Below, in pieces: positions 8,184 to 20,016 of a stretch of DNA of 41,354 bases. The position numbers and the translations under genes are program-made. Positions within the stretch are counted from its first letter, which is position 1. The number at the start of each line of letters is the position of its first letter. This DNA comes from Candidatus Krumholzibacteriia bacterium (lineage in GTDB: Bacteria; Krumholzibacteriota; Krumholzibacteriia; WVZY01): NCBI GenBank assembly GCA_036478295.1, contig JAZGDW010000075.1, positions 1-41,354 on the forward strand, read 5' to 3'. The notes beneath the pieces were generated by a model that did no database searches, was not told the origin of the DNA, and saw only the letters and a program-made list of their open reading frames with translations.

Positions 8184-10448
8184 TTAGAATCCGGCGCCCA
8201 GTGAAATATGCGGCTCCCACCCCGGTCCCCCGGGTTTGTCGAAGCCGTAACCGTAGTCGAAGCCTACCGTTCCCAGGGCGGGTAGCTCAAGCCTTATACC
8301 CAACCCCAGGCCTTTTTTGAGATCGAAAATACTGGAGCCGCGAAAACTGCTCCACGTGTTGCCGGTATCGAAGAAACTTACGGCAAAGACGGTGGGCGCA
8401 AGGGGCAAAGTGACTTCGTAGGACAGGGTTTGCATGTATCTCCCTCCCAGGAACTCCGGGTTGCCCTCCGGCACGATCTCGAAGAAATCGTATCCCCTGA
8501 CGCTGTAGCGGCGGTTGCCTCCCAGGCGAAACAATTCGTAATCCGGCGGGGCCGACACAAGCGCACCGATTTCGTAGCGCACCGCGAGCGACATGTTCCA
8601 GAAAAGCTTTTCGTACCACGCGAAAGACCCGTCATAGCGTTGAAAATTCACGTCGCCGCCGAGAGCGGCCCCTCCGGTAGCTTCCACCGAAACGCTGGTA
8701 CGAGTGCCCGAGGTCGGATGGAAGGGGCTGTCCGTCGAGTTCCGGGTGAGCGTAATCGCCGTCGAACTCGTTACCTGCGGCCACAGAATGTCCCGCAGCG
8801 GTCCGATGTAGAGGGGTGAAAAGTCTTTCAATTCGATCGACTCCCAGCGGTATCGCCAGAATATCCGCGTGTAATCGAACCACGGAAACGGGCGCCCGAC
8901 GCTGACCGAAGCCCCGACTCGCTTGTCGTCCCAGAACTGTTGCCGCACCTGGTTCTGCGCCCGGTTGAAAACGTTGACACTCAGCGTGGTCGGCGTGCCG
9001 TACAACCACGGCTCGGTGAAGCGCACGTCGAAGTTCTGGCGAAACCGCGAAAACTCCCAATTGAACTCGGCGCGCTGTCCCTTGCCCAGAAAATTGGTCT
9101 CGGCCAGGCCGATGAAACCACTGATCGAGTTCAGCGCCGAAAACCCCGCCCCCAGCCGGAACTGTCCGGTCTGCTTCTCGACCACCTTCAAGTTGATGTT
9201 GATATCACCATCTTCGTTGGCCGTCGTCACCTCCGGGTCCGGCGGTGCCGCGAAAAATCCCAGGTTGAACACCTCACGCAGCGACCGCATCAACTTGGGA
9301 CGGTGGAACACCTCGCCGGGCATGAACTTCAACTCGCGGCGTATCACGGTTTCCGCAGTCTTCGTATTACCGCTGATACTTATCTCGTGAATATGGGCCG
9401 GTTTGCCCTCCGTAATATCGAAATCGACATCGATGACGTCCTTCTTGACCGTCTTGCGGGGACTGACCGAGTTATAGATGTATCCTCGATCCCAATAGAG
9501 CGTGCTGATCGCCACCTGGATGTCCGTGAACTCCTGGTCATCGAACACGTCTCCCTCTCCGAACGTGATGAGCGACGCTATGCGGGGATCGCTAAAGATG
9601 GTGTTTCCCGACCAGGCTGTTTTGCCGACCTTGTACTGCATACCTTCTTCAACCGTGATAAAGACGTCCAGGCCTTTGCCGTCCTCGGAGAAGATCAATT
9701 CCTTGTCCGTCACCTGCGCGTCCAGGAATCCGCGTTGCCGGTACATAAACAGGATCCTCTCCAGATCGGTTTCGAGAACCTTCGGTTTGAACTCCGCCCC
9801 CCGGATCCAGTTGTCCTCCTTGCTTTCCATCGCTTTTCTCAACTCGTCCGTATCGAGCGAGCGCGCGCCGAAGAAATCGATGTGCTTGACCGAGACTTTT
9901 TCGCCCTCGGTTATCTTGTAGAGCAACACCCGCGTCCGCCTTTTCGTCTTCTCGTCTTGCTCGGCAAGGAGCTCGTTCTTGACCGCGGCGCGATAATAGC
10001 CCTTTTCCTTGTACATCTCTTCGATAGCCCGGAAGTCCTGTCGAATCAGCGCCGGTCTGACGAACGCGCCTTCGCGAACGTGGATCGCCCCTTTCAACTC
10101 CTCTTCCTTGAGATGTTTGTTGCCCTCGAAACGAATCTTGTCGATCTTGATGTGCTCCGTCACCACGAAGGTGATGACGATTCCGCCTTCCTGTCGCTCC
10201 TGGTACGCCTGGATATCCGCAAATTCCTTGGTCGCGTAGAGCCGCTTAATTGCCTCGCTGACCTTTTCCGCCGCGAACGCGTCCCCCTCCTTCAAGCGAA
10301 CGATACGCCGTATCTTCTGCGCGGATACGGCGACGTTCCCCTCGATCCGTATCTCCGTGATCGCTTTCTGGGCGCCGGCCGGCAGGGCGGGCAGAACGAT
10401 CAGCGCCGCCGCCACGACCAGGAATATCTGCAAGTTCGCTTTTCTCAT
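8184..10448 (-). CDS. bamA: outer membrane protein assembly factor BamA
   Basis: Signal peptide from MRKANLQ, five POTRA-like repeats (IxxIxxxGN), VRGY loop and C-terminal aromatic barrel strand ending GAGF. Confidence 0.96.
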   Translation of the reverse strand: MRKANLQIFLVVAAALIVLPALPAGAQKAITEIRIEGNVAVSAQKIRRIVRLKEGDAFAAEKVSEAIKRLYATKEFADIQAYQERQEGGIVITFVVTEHIKIDKIRFEGNKHLKEEELKGAIHVREGAFVRPALIRQDFRAIEEMYKEKGYYRAAVKNELLAEQDEKTKRRTRVLLYKITEGEKVSVKHIDFFGARSLDTDELRKAMESKEDNWIRGAEFKPKVLETDLERILFMYRQRGFLDAQVTDKELIFSEDGKGLDVFITVEEGMQYKVGKTAWSGNTIFSDPRIASLITFGEGDVFDDQEFTDIQVAISTLYWDRGYIYNSVSPRKTVKKDVIDVDFDITEGKPAHIHEISISGNTKTAETVIRRELKFMPGEVFHRPKLMRSLREVFNLGFFAAPPDPEVTTANEDGDININLKVVEKQTGQFRLGAGFSALNSISGFIGLAETNFLGKGQRAEFNWEFSRFRQNFDVRFTEPWLYGTPTTLSVNVFNRAQNQVRQQFWDDKRVGASVSVGRPFPWFDYTRIFWRYRWESIELKDFSPLYIGPLRDILWPQVTSSTAITLTRNSTDSPFHPTSGTRTSVSVEATGGAALGGDVNFQRYDGSFAWYEKLFWNMSLAVRYEIGALVSAPPDYELFRLGGNRRYSVRGYDFFEIVPEGNPEFLGGRYMQTLSYEVTLPLAPTVFAVSFFDTGNTWSSFRGSSIFDLKKGLGLGIRLELPALGTVGFDYGYGFDKPGGPGWEPHISLGAGF

Positions 10449-10527
10449 ACTTTTTCGGGCAAAAATCCTGCGCATCCTATCACAATTGAACACGGCATGT
10501 AAACGACAGCCGCCGCCGCACACCCGG

Positions 10528-10557
10528 AGAATATATAACGTCCGGTCAATAAATCAA
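10528..10557 (-). promoter_or_regulatory. possible sigma70 promoter for bamA-skp-lpx
   Basis: AT-rich island. TTGATT (10557-10552) is followed after 16 nt by TATATT, or after 18 nt by TATTCT. Confidence 0.45.
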
Positions 10558-10632
10558 TTAAATAGCGCAGGGGTTCATAGGTACCGTGCCGGGGCGCATC
10601 GCAGGGGCTGCGGGGTGGGGTCTCACACCAGG

Positions 10633-13068
<2,436 letters not shown>

Positions 13069-13074
13069 CGGTGC

Positions 13075-14145
13075 TCAATCCTCCTCGTCCGTGCTGGATG
13101 TGGAAAGTGCTCGCCGGATGAAATCGGCCCGCGCCGCATCTCGTCGCGACGGATCCATCTGCGCACCCTCGAGCATCTGAAGATGGGCTGGCTGGATATA
13201 AACCAGCAACTCGTTTAACGTCCGAATGGAAACGTCCGTGATGATCCCAACGCCGGTGCCCAACCGAACCGCCGAGATAAGGCTGAGTGCTTCCTTGGTA
13301 CTGACACTTCGAGAATACTTGAGCAGGCCGTATGCACGCCAGACTTTATCTTCAAGCAAGCTTCGTGCCTTGCGAAATAGCATATCCCTGGCCTTGCGCT
13401 CGAACCCTATGACCTTGACCACCATCTCCTTCAGGCTGCCGATAATCATCTCTTCCGAACCACCCAACGTCGCACTGTTGGAAAGCTGGAAAAAGTTCCC
13501 CATGACTTCGGTTCCTTCCCCGTACAACCCGCGGATGGAATGGTTGAGCTGTCGCAAACTGTCCAGCAGCTTGTGGATTTCTTTGCTGTGGACGAGGCCG
13601 GGCAGATGAATCAACAGCGACGCCCGCAGGCCCGTGCCCAGGTTCGTCGGGCACGCCGTCAGGTAACCGAGGCGATCGCTAAAGGCGTAGCTGAGACGTT
13701 GAGAGAGCTCGCTATCGAGACGGTTCGCCGTCTCGAAGGCGCTGGTAAGGTTCAACCCGGAGCGAAACGACTGGATGCGGAGGTGATCCTCCTCGTTGAT
13801 CATCATACAGGTGTCCTCCGCCCGGGTGACGATCAGGCCTCGATTGACCGAATTGAAAAGGAATTCGCGACTTACCAGGTGCCGCTCGGCAAGAAACTGG
13901 CGGTCGAGCGAGGAGATATTCCCCATGGGGAAATAGTGCCCTGACTCGAGGACCACCGTCTCCGCCGCCGCCGACCGCGTCTGCTCGAGCACCGCGGCCA
14001 GCTCCTCCTTGTCGGCGTTTTGCGTGAAGCGGCGCTTGTCAATGTTGCGCGCTATCCGAATCCGCGTCGAGAGCACAATCTCGCCCTCAGCCCCCGATCC
14101 GTCGAGCCAGTTAGCCGGATTCCCTATCATGTCCTTGATTTGCAT
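13075..14145 (-). CDS. mcsB: protein arginine kinase
   Basis: STRIRIARN, INEEDHLRIQ, CPTNLGTGLRAS, RGLYGEG and QPAHLQ motifs. Confidence 0.96.
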   Translation of the reverse strand: MQIKDMIGNPANWLDGSGAEGEIVLSTRIRIARNIDKRRFTQNADKEELAAVLEQTRSAAAETVVLESGHYFPMGNISSLDRQFLAERHLVSREFLFNSVNRGLIVTRAEDTCMMINEEDHLRIQSFRSGLNLTSAFETANRLDSELSQRLSYAFSDRLGYLTACPTNLGTGLRASLLIHLPGLVHSKEIHKLLDSLRQLNHSIRGLYGEGTEVMGNFFQLSNSATLGGSEEMIIGSLKEMVVKVIGFERKARDMLFRKARSLLEDKVWRAYGLLKYSRSVSTKEALSLISAVRLGTGVGIITDVSIRTLNELLVYIQPAHLQMLEGAQMDPSRRDAARADFIRRALSTSSTDEED

Positions 14146-14149
14146 ATCG

Positions 14150-14662
14150 TTACTTCTTATCCGCTGCGGTCTCCAGCGACTTGATCCGGTCCCGGATTTT
14201 CGCTGCTTTTTCGTACTCTTCTTTTTCGACCACCCGCGCCAACTCCTCTTTCAAATCGGCCAATTCTTTTCGAACCAGTGCTTTTTGCCCCAGCGCTTGC
14301 GGGGTTTTTCCCTGGTGCTGCGTGCTGCCGTGGATCTGGCGAAGTAGCGGTATCAACTGGGCTTCGAACGCCTCGTAACAATCCGGGCATCCGAGCCGCC
14401 CCATTTTCTTAAAATTGGAATACTCGTACCCGCAGCTCGGGCATCGTACCTTGCCGATGTGTTCGGTCTCGGTGCGCGCTGACGTATCGATCAGACCCGC
14501 GACCAGATCGCCGAGCCCGTAGCTCCCCGCCTTCTGTATCTCTATGCCCTTGGTTTCGGCGCACTCCAGGCACAGGTCCATCGTCACCATGTTGTCGTTG
14601 ACGATTTCGGTGTAGTGGATCTTCGAGGGGCGAACCCCGCATGCTGTGCACATAACCGGCAT
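14150..14662 (-). CDS. mcsA: McsB activator McsA (UVR domain, four CxxC)
   Basis: CTAC, CLEC, CPSC, GRLGCPDCY, HQGKTP and EEYEKAAKIRD. ATG at 14662 lies just after the lolD stop. Confidence 0.95.
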   Translation of the reverse strand: MPVMCTACGVRPSKIHYTEIVNDNMVTMDLCLECAETKGIEIQKAGSYGLGDLVAGLIDTSARTETEHIGKVRCPSCGYEYSNFKKMGRLGCPDCYEAFEAQLIPLLRQIHGSTQHQGKTPQALGQKALVRKELADLKEELARVVEKEEYEKAAKIRDRIKSLETAADKK

Positions 14663-14669
14663 CGGCAGC

Positions 14670-15353
14670 CTATTCTTCGTGAAGCAACCCGTCCCGCAAC
14701 GTGAGCACACGGTTCGCGTAACGAGAAAAGTCCTTCTTGTGTGTCACGACTATGAAGGTCATGTTCGCTTCGTCGGACAATTCAGCGATCAATTCGTGGA
14801 GGCCGTCGCTCGATGCGTCGTCGAGATTTCCCGTCGGCTCGTCGCCCAACACCACTTGCGGATCGTTGGCCAGTGCCCGGGCCACCGCGACCCGCTGTTG
14901 CTCTCCGCCTGAGAGCTCGCCGGGTTTGTGTAGCAGCCGATCCTTCAGACCGACCCGGATCAGCAGCCGCTCGGCGCGACCGGCAGATTCTTCCGACCCG
15001 CGCCCGCCGACCAGGCCGGGCATCATGACGTTCTCGACGGCGCTGAACTCGGGGAGCAGAAAATGAAACTGAAAGACGAAACCCAAGACCCTGTTCCGGA
15101 GATCGTTCAGCTCGCGGGCGCCCATGGCGTCCACCAGCCGCCCGTTTATCTTCAACGAGCCACGATCCGGCTTGTCGAGCGAGCCCAGGATCTGCAGCAG
15201 GGTGCTCTTGCCGACCCCCGAAGCGCCCACGATGGAGAGCACCTCGCCGCGGGCCACGGTGATATCGACGCCGCTCAGCACCCTGATTCTCCCCTTTGTG
15301 CCCTCGAAACTCTTCTCGAGGGCCTCCGCTTCCAGCACGGCATCCGTATCCAT
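14670..15353 (-). CDS. lolD: lipoprotein-releasing ABC transporter ATPase
   Basis: GASGVGKST, LolD motif GFVFQFHFLLPEF, LSGGEQQR and DEPTGNLD; adjacent to lolC/E. Confidence 0.93.
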   Translation of the reverse strand: MDTDAVLEAEALEKSFEGTKGRIRVLSGVDITVARGEVLSIVGASGVGKSTLLQILGSLDKPDRGSLKINGRLVDAMGARELNDLRNRVLGFVFQFHFLLPEFSAVENVMMPGLVGGRGSEESAGRAERLLIRVGLKDRLLHKPGELSGGEQQRVAVARALANDPQVVLGDEPTGNLDDASSDGLHELIAELSDEANMTFIVVTHKKDFSRYANRVLTLRDGLLHEE

Positions 15354-15444
15354 AATTTAAGCCGCCAAGGTTAAAAACACAAGTGCCAACAGGAACCTCA
15401 TAACTCGTTAGTCAAAAGAGGCTTACTACCATTCCCAACCGGGG

Positions 15445-16701
15445 CTATTCGCTGCGTATCGCCTCGGCCGGCAGCAGTTTACTGGCCTCCCAGCTCGGGT
15501 ATACCGTGGCCAGAAAACAGATCGCAATCGCGCTGGCACACACCGCAGCGAGGTCGGTCCACTGGACCAGGACGGGAAGCGTTTTGATGAAATAGACGTC
15601 ACCCGGCAGATCGAGTCCCACGCGGTCCAGGATCAAGCATGCCACGTAACCCGCGACCAGACCGCCGAGCGTACCCAGGACCCCAATCACCGTCCCCTCC
15701 AACATGAAGATCGACATGACTCCCCGGTCGGGCGTTCCCATCGCCTTGAGGATGCCGATCTCCTTGCGCTTCTCCATGATGACCATGGTCAGCATCCCCA
15801 CCAGGTTGAACGCCGCGACCAGGATGATCAACGTCAGCATGAGGAACATGAGGATCTTTTCGATCTTCATGTAGCTGAACAGATTGCGGTTCATGTTGAT
15901 CCAGTTGTTTGTGCCGTAATCCTGCAGCGGCAAGTTATTCTGGATCGCTGCGTCGACTTGCTGGGCCTTGTAGATGTCGTCGAGCTTCAGGCTGTAACCG
16001 CGCAGCGCTGTCTCGAAATCGAACATCGCATCGGCGTCGTTTATGTCAATGTAAACAAACCGCGAGTCGAACTCGTACATGCCGCTATTGAAGAAGCCAA
16101 GTACCCGTGACTTCACGACCAGCGGCTCGACCTTTCCCGCGCGGATGGTCGCCGGCGCCGTCACGATGCTGACCTCCTCACCGAGGCCCACCCGCAGCTC
16201 CAGCGCCAGGTCCAGACCGAGAACCACCCCGATGTGCGGGTCGTCGTCCTCGAAAACGCTAGCGTCGAACGAGACGATGGCGGGTTTGATGCTGTCGATG
16301 ACGGTCGAGACCAGCGCTTCACGTTGCAGATCGATACCCTTGATCACCACCCCCCGGATGCGCGTACGCCGCCCCGGAATGACCTCGTAGGAGAGCAGCG
16401 CCTCTGAACGCACGAAGGGCGCGATCTCCGTAACATGGTCCTGCCGCCTGAGAATACTGGCCAGCGTATCGGCCTGCGCCCAGGCGCGCGGGTTTCGCGT
16501 AAACACGATGACGTTGGTGTTGAAGGCGACAATGCGCTGGCGGAGTTCGGTCTCGAAACCGTTGATGACCGACAGCACGATGACCAGCGTCATGACGCCG
16601 ACGAAGACCCCACCGACGGCGATCGAGGTGACGCGGGACACCAGCGCGGACCGTCGCTTGGTCTGCAGGTAGCGCTTGGCGATAAAAAACGGATAGCTCA
16701 T
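15445..16701 (-). CDS. lipoprotein-releasing ABC transporter permease (LolC/E family)
   Basis: IAKRYL, VLSVINGFE, FNSGMYEFD, EKRKEIGILKAMG, VYFIKTLP and ATVYPS motifs; MacB/FtsX-type four-TM layout. Confidence 0.93.
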   Translation of the reverse strand: MSYPFFIAKRYLQTKRRSALVSRVTSIAVGGVFVGVMTLVIVLSVINGFETELRQRIVAFNTNVIVFTRNPRAWAQADTLASILRRQDHVTEIAPFVRSEALLSYEVIPGRRTRIRGVVIKGIDLQREALVSTVIDSIKPAIVSFDASVFEDDDPHIGVVLGLDLALELRVGLGEEVSIVTAPATIRAGKVEPLVVKSRVLGFFNSGMYEFDSRFVYIDINDADAMFDFETALRGYSLKLDDIYKAQQVDAAIQNNLPLQDYGTNNWINMNRNLFSYMKIEKILMFLMLTLIILVAAFNLVGMLTMVIMEKRKEIGILKAMGTPDRGVMSIFMLEGTVIGVLGTLGGLVAGYVACLILDRVGLDLPGDVYFIKTLPVLVQWTDLAAVCASAIAICFLATVYPSWEASKLLPAEAIRSE

Positions 16702-16709
16702 GCGGGGCT

Positions 16710-18170
16710 CTACTCGGGCCGCATCTGGGGAAAGAAAAGGACGTCCCGAATCGAGTGACTATCGGTGAAGATCATGACCAGGCGATCAATTCCCAATCCC
16801 AACCCGGCCGCCGGGGGCATGCCGTACTCGAGGGCCCTGATAAAATCCTCGTCTATCACATGGGCTTCTTCGTCCCCCTGCGCCCGAAGCTCGGCCTGCG
16901 CCTCGAAGCGCCGGCGCTGTTCCAGCGGATCGTTCAACTCGGAAAACGCGTTTCCCACCTCGAAACCGCATACAAAGGGCTCGAACCGCTCGACCAGCCC
17001 CTCTTCGCTGCGGTGGTCCTTGGCCAGCGGTGAGAGTGCTTTGGGGTAGTCGTAAACGAATGTCGGATCGATCAGCGCCGGCTCGACCAGTTCGCTGAAG
17101 ATTTCGTCCAGAACGCGCGCCGGCGGTGTCCCCTCGTCCACTTTGATTTTGAGCTTGTCGGCGGCCCCCAGTACTTGCGCCTCACTCATACTGCGGAAAT
17201 CCATGTCCGTTTTCTCGCGGAGGGCGTCGAAAAATCGCACCCGTTTCCAGGGTTTCCTGAAATCGACCTGCCGCCCCTTGAACGTTGCCTTGCCGTCCGG
17301 AGTCAGATCGTCCGCCACGGCCCGCATCATTTCTTCGACCATGTTCATGAAATCCATGTAGTCCTCATAGGCCGAATAGCATTCCATCATGGTGAATTCG
17401 GGATTGTGCGTCCGGTCGATACCCTCGTTGCGGAAATCCTTGGCAAACTCGAATACCCGCTCGAACCCTCCGACGAGCAGTCTCTTGAGATAAAGCTCGT
17501 CGGCGATGCGCAGGTAAAGGTCCACGTCCAACGCGTTGTGATGGGTCTTGAAGGGGCGGGCCGCGGCCCCCCCGTAGATCGGCTGAAGAACCGGCGTCTC
17601 CACTTCGAGGTAGCCGCGCGCCATGAGAAACTCGCGAATGCGCTGCACCAGCCGGGATCGTTTGTAGAATACTTCGCGCACGTCGCCGTTCATGATGAGA
17701 TCCACGTAGCGCTGCCGGTAGCGGATCTCCTTGTCCTGCAGGCCGTGCCACTTCTCTGGCAGCGGGCGCAGCGCTTTGGCCAGCACCTCGAACTTGGCGA
17801 CCCGCACCGTAATCTCACCAGTCTTTGTGCGAAACACGAAGCCTTCCACACCCACGACGTCGCCCACTTCGAGCAGTTTGAAGACCTCGTAGCGCTCACG
17901 GCCGATCTCGTCGCGGCGCACGTACAACTGCATCTTGCCGGTCGGGTCCTGCATGTGCCCGAACGTCGTCGCCCCGTGACCGCGCATCGCCATGATCCTG
18001 CCGGCGAGTGTGACCACGGCTTCCGAGCGCGTCAGCTCGGCCTCGGTCTCGATGACCTCCGCCACCTTGTGGCTCACTTCAAACCGGTAGGGGTACGGTT
18101 CCGCTCCGGCCGCGCGCAGGGCGTCCAGTTTTTCCCTGCGTATCGCACGAAGTTTATCCAGTCCGTTCAT
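16710..18170 (-). CDS. lysS: lysine--tRNA ligase (class II)
   Basis: AGRIMAMR, RYRQRYVDL, GGAAARPF, FRNEGIDRTHNPEFT and EYGMPPAAGLGLGIDRL. Confidence 0.98.
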   Translation of the reverse strand: MNGLDKLRAIRREKLDALRAAGAEPYPYRFEVSHKVAEVIETEAELTRSEAVVTLAGRIMAMRGHGATTFGHMQDPTGKMQLYVRRDEIGRERYEVFKLLEVGDVVGVEGFVFRTKTGEITVRVAKFEVLAKALRPLPEKWHGLQDKEIRYRQRYVDLIMNGDVREVFYKRSRLVQRIREFLMARGYLEVETPVLQPIYGGAAARPFKTHHNALDVDLYLRIADELYLKRLLVGGFERVFEFAKDFRNEGIDRTHNPEFTMMECYSAYEDYMDFMNMVEEMMRAVADDLTPDGKATFKGRQVDFRKPWKRVRFFDALREKTDMDFRSMSEAQVLGAADKLKIKVDEGTPPARVLDEIFSELVEPALIDPTFVYDYPKALSPLAKDHRSEEGLVERFEPFVCGFEVGNAFSELNDPLEQRRRFEAQAELRAQGDEEAHVIDEDFIRALEYGMPPAAGLGLGIDRLVMIFTDSHSIRDVLFFPQMRPE

Positions 18171-18205
18171 GTAATTCCTTTGTTTGCAAACCTCAAATTC
18201 AGGCC

Positions 18206-18234
18206 AGATTAGAAATCGTTCCCCGCCTTGTCAA
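18206..18234 (-). promoter_or_regulatory. sigma70 promoter for lysS-lol-mcsAB-clpC
   Basis: TTGACA (18234-18229), 17 nt, TAATCT (18211-18206); AAAGGA RBS downstream. Confidence 0.75.
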
Positions 18235-18237
18235 GCG

Positions 18238-19348
18238 CTAGTTGGTCCGGGAGAACTTGTGAAGGTACGCCTCGATGAACACGCCGAGGTCGCCGTCGAG
18301 GACCTTCTGGGTATCCCCGACTTGCACGGCGGTCCTGTGGTCCTTGACCATTGTATAGGGATGCAGGACATAGGAACGGATCTGGCTGCCCCACGCGATG
18401 TCTTTCTGGCTCTCGAGCATCTTGTCGAGCTTGGCGCGCTCCTCTTCGAGCTTGCGATGGTAGAGCCGCGCCCGCAGGATTTTCATCGCGTTCTCACGGT
18501 TGCGGAACTGCGACCGCTCGCTCTGGCACTGCACGACGATGCCGCTCGGCTGGTGCGTGATGCGTACGGCGCTGTCCGTTTTGTTTACGTGCTGACCGCC
18601 CGCCCCGCTGGCCCGGTAGGTGTCGATCTTGAGGTCGTCGCTCCGTATTTCCACCTCTATGTCGCTCTCGATTTCTGGATAGACAAACACTGACGCGAAG
18701 GAGGTGTGGCGCCGGTGATTGGCGTCGTACGGCGAAATGCGTACCAGGCGGTGAACACCGCTCTCGGATTTCAGGGTGCCGTAGGCGTTGGGACCCTTGA
18801 TCTCGATCGAGACGCTTTTGATGCCCGCTTCCTCACCTGGGGTCAGATCCAGCACCCGCGCTGCAAACCCTTTGCGCTCGAAGAACCGGTTGTACATGCG
18901 CATCAGCATGTCGGCCCAGTCCATCGATTCCGTGCCCCCCGCCCCCGGGTGGATCGACAGGATCGCATCCCGCTGATCCTCGGGCTTCGAGAACAACAGG
19001 GACAACTCGATGGCGGCGAGCTGCTTCTCGAAGGACGCCAGGTCGCGGCCGATTTCGTCGAATACCGCCTCGTCCTGTTCCTCACCGGCGAGCTCGAGCA
19101 GCTCCTCGCTGTCCCGGAGTCCGACCGTCACTTGCCGCACGGGATCCAGCTTTGCCTTGATGGAACTGACTTCCTTGAGCGTCTCCTCGGATTTCTTCTT
19201 GTCCTGCCAGAACTCCGGCTGGCTCATTATCTTCTCGAGTTGCGCCAGGCGTGTTTCGAGGGTTTCCAGGTCAAAGAAACTCCTTGAGTTTTTGCGCCTG
19301 CTCCTTGAGTGCCTTCAACTTCTGGGGCATCTCGCTGTCATGCACCAA
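18238..19348 (-). CDS. prfB: peptide chain release factor 2 with programmed +1 frameshift
   Basis: AAGGAGG RBS, TTG start at 19348, 25 codons to CTT-TGA-C (19276-19270), then the +1 frame joins the 18238..19227 ORF containing GGQ, GVHRLVRISPYD and WGSQIRSY. Confidence 0.97.
19270..19285 (-). promoter_or_regulatory. prfB +1 frameshift cassette
   Basis: AAGGAG-TTT-CTT-TGA-C: internal Shine-Dalgarno sequence 3 nt before the slippery CTT TGA C. Confidence 0.95.
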
Positions 19349-19399
19349 TGAATGACCTCCTTGCATGCCGGTTACGGCCCTAAGCGGTACGCGGGCCTG

Positions 19400-20002
19400 T
19401 CACTTCGACGTTGCATCAAGCAGAAAATCGATGAGCCGCAGCACCTCGGATAGCACGACGGGCTTCGGTTTACCAGTATCCACTACCACATCCGCCCTGT
19501 AAAAAGCTTTCTCGAGTTCTGCCTGGCTTGCGAGTCGGGCCTCGAGTTGCTCGTCCTCCACCCCGCCCTTTTTCTGCAGGCGGCACAGCTGCTCCTCACG
19601 CGAGCAGCGCAACGCGATCATCAAGTCGACCTCGAACGGCAGCGGCACCTCGAGCAACAGGGCCGCGTCGATGACGACCAGATCGACGTTCTGTTTTCTG
19701 AATTCCTCCACGGCACGCTCACACTCACGGATAATCGCCGGGTGGATAATCGAGTTCAGGGCCGCGAGCGCTTCGGCATCCTCGAAGACGACTTTGGAAA
19801 GGGCGGCGCGGTCGACACGCTCGCCGTCGAAGACGCCCTCTCCGAAACGGTCGCGAATCCGCCGCCCCACCTGCGCGTCGCTCTCGAGCAGTTCGTGTCC
19901 GACCTTATCGGCGTCTATATGGCTTGCCCCCCGGCCCACCAGGTGCGCCGCGATCGTGCTTTTGCCCGTGCCAGACCCGCCTGCCAGTCCGACCAGTTTC
20001 AT
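19400..20002 (-). CDS. coaE: dephospho-CoA kinase
   Basis: GLAGGSGTGKST, IDADKVGH, LNSIIHP and DAALLLE; follows polA. Confidence 0.95.
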   Translation of the reverse strand: MKLVGLAGGSGTGKSTIAAHLVGRGASHIDADKVGHELLESDAQVGRRIRDRFGEGVFDGERVDRAALSKVVFEDAEALAALNSIIHPAIIRECERAVEEFRKQNVDLVVIDAALLLEVPLPFEVDLMIALRCSREEQLCRLQKKGGVEDEQLEARLASQAELEKAFYRADVVVDTGKPKPVVLSEVLRLIDFLLDATSK

Positions 20003-20016
20003 TTACAGAACCCCGC

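Noticed and set aside
15372..15390. TTGGCAC upstream of lolD as a sigma54 promoter
   Set aside because: The -12 GC dinucleotide is absent (TGGCAC-TTGTG-TTTT).
15405..15420. AGTCAAA heptad upstream of lolD-mcsAB-clpC as a CtsR box
   Set aside because: Only one half-site is present; the direct-repeat partner is missing and no ctsR is seen.
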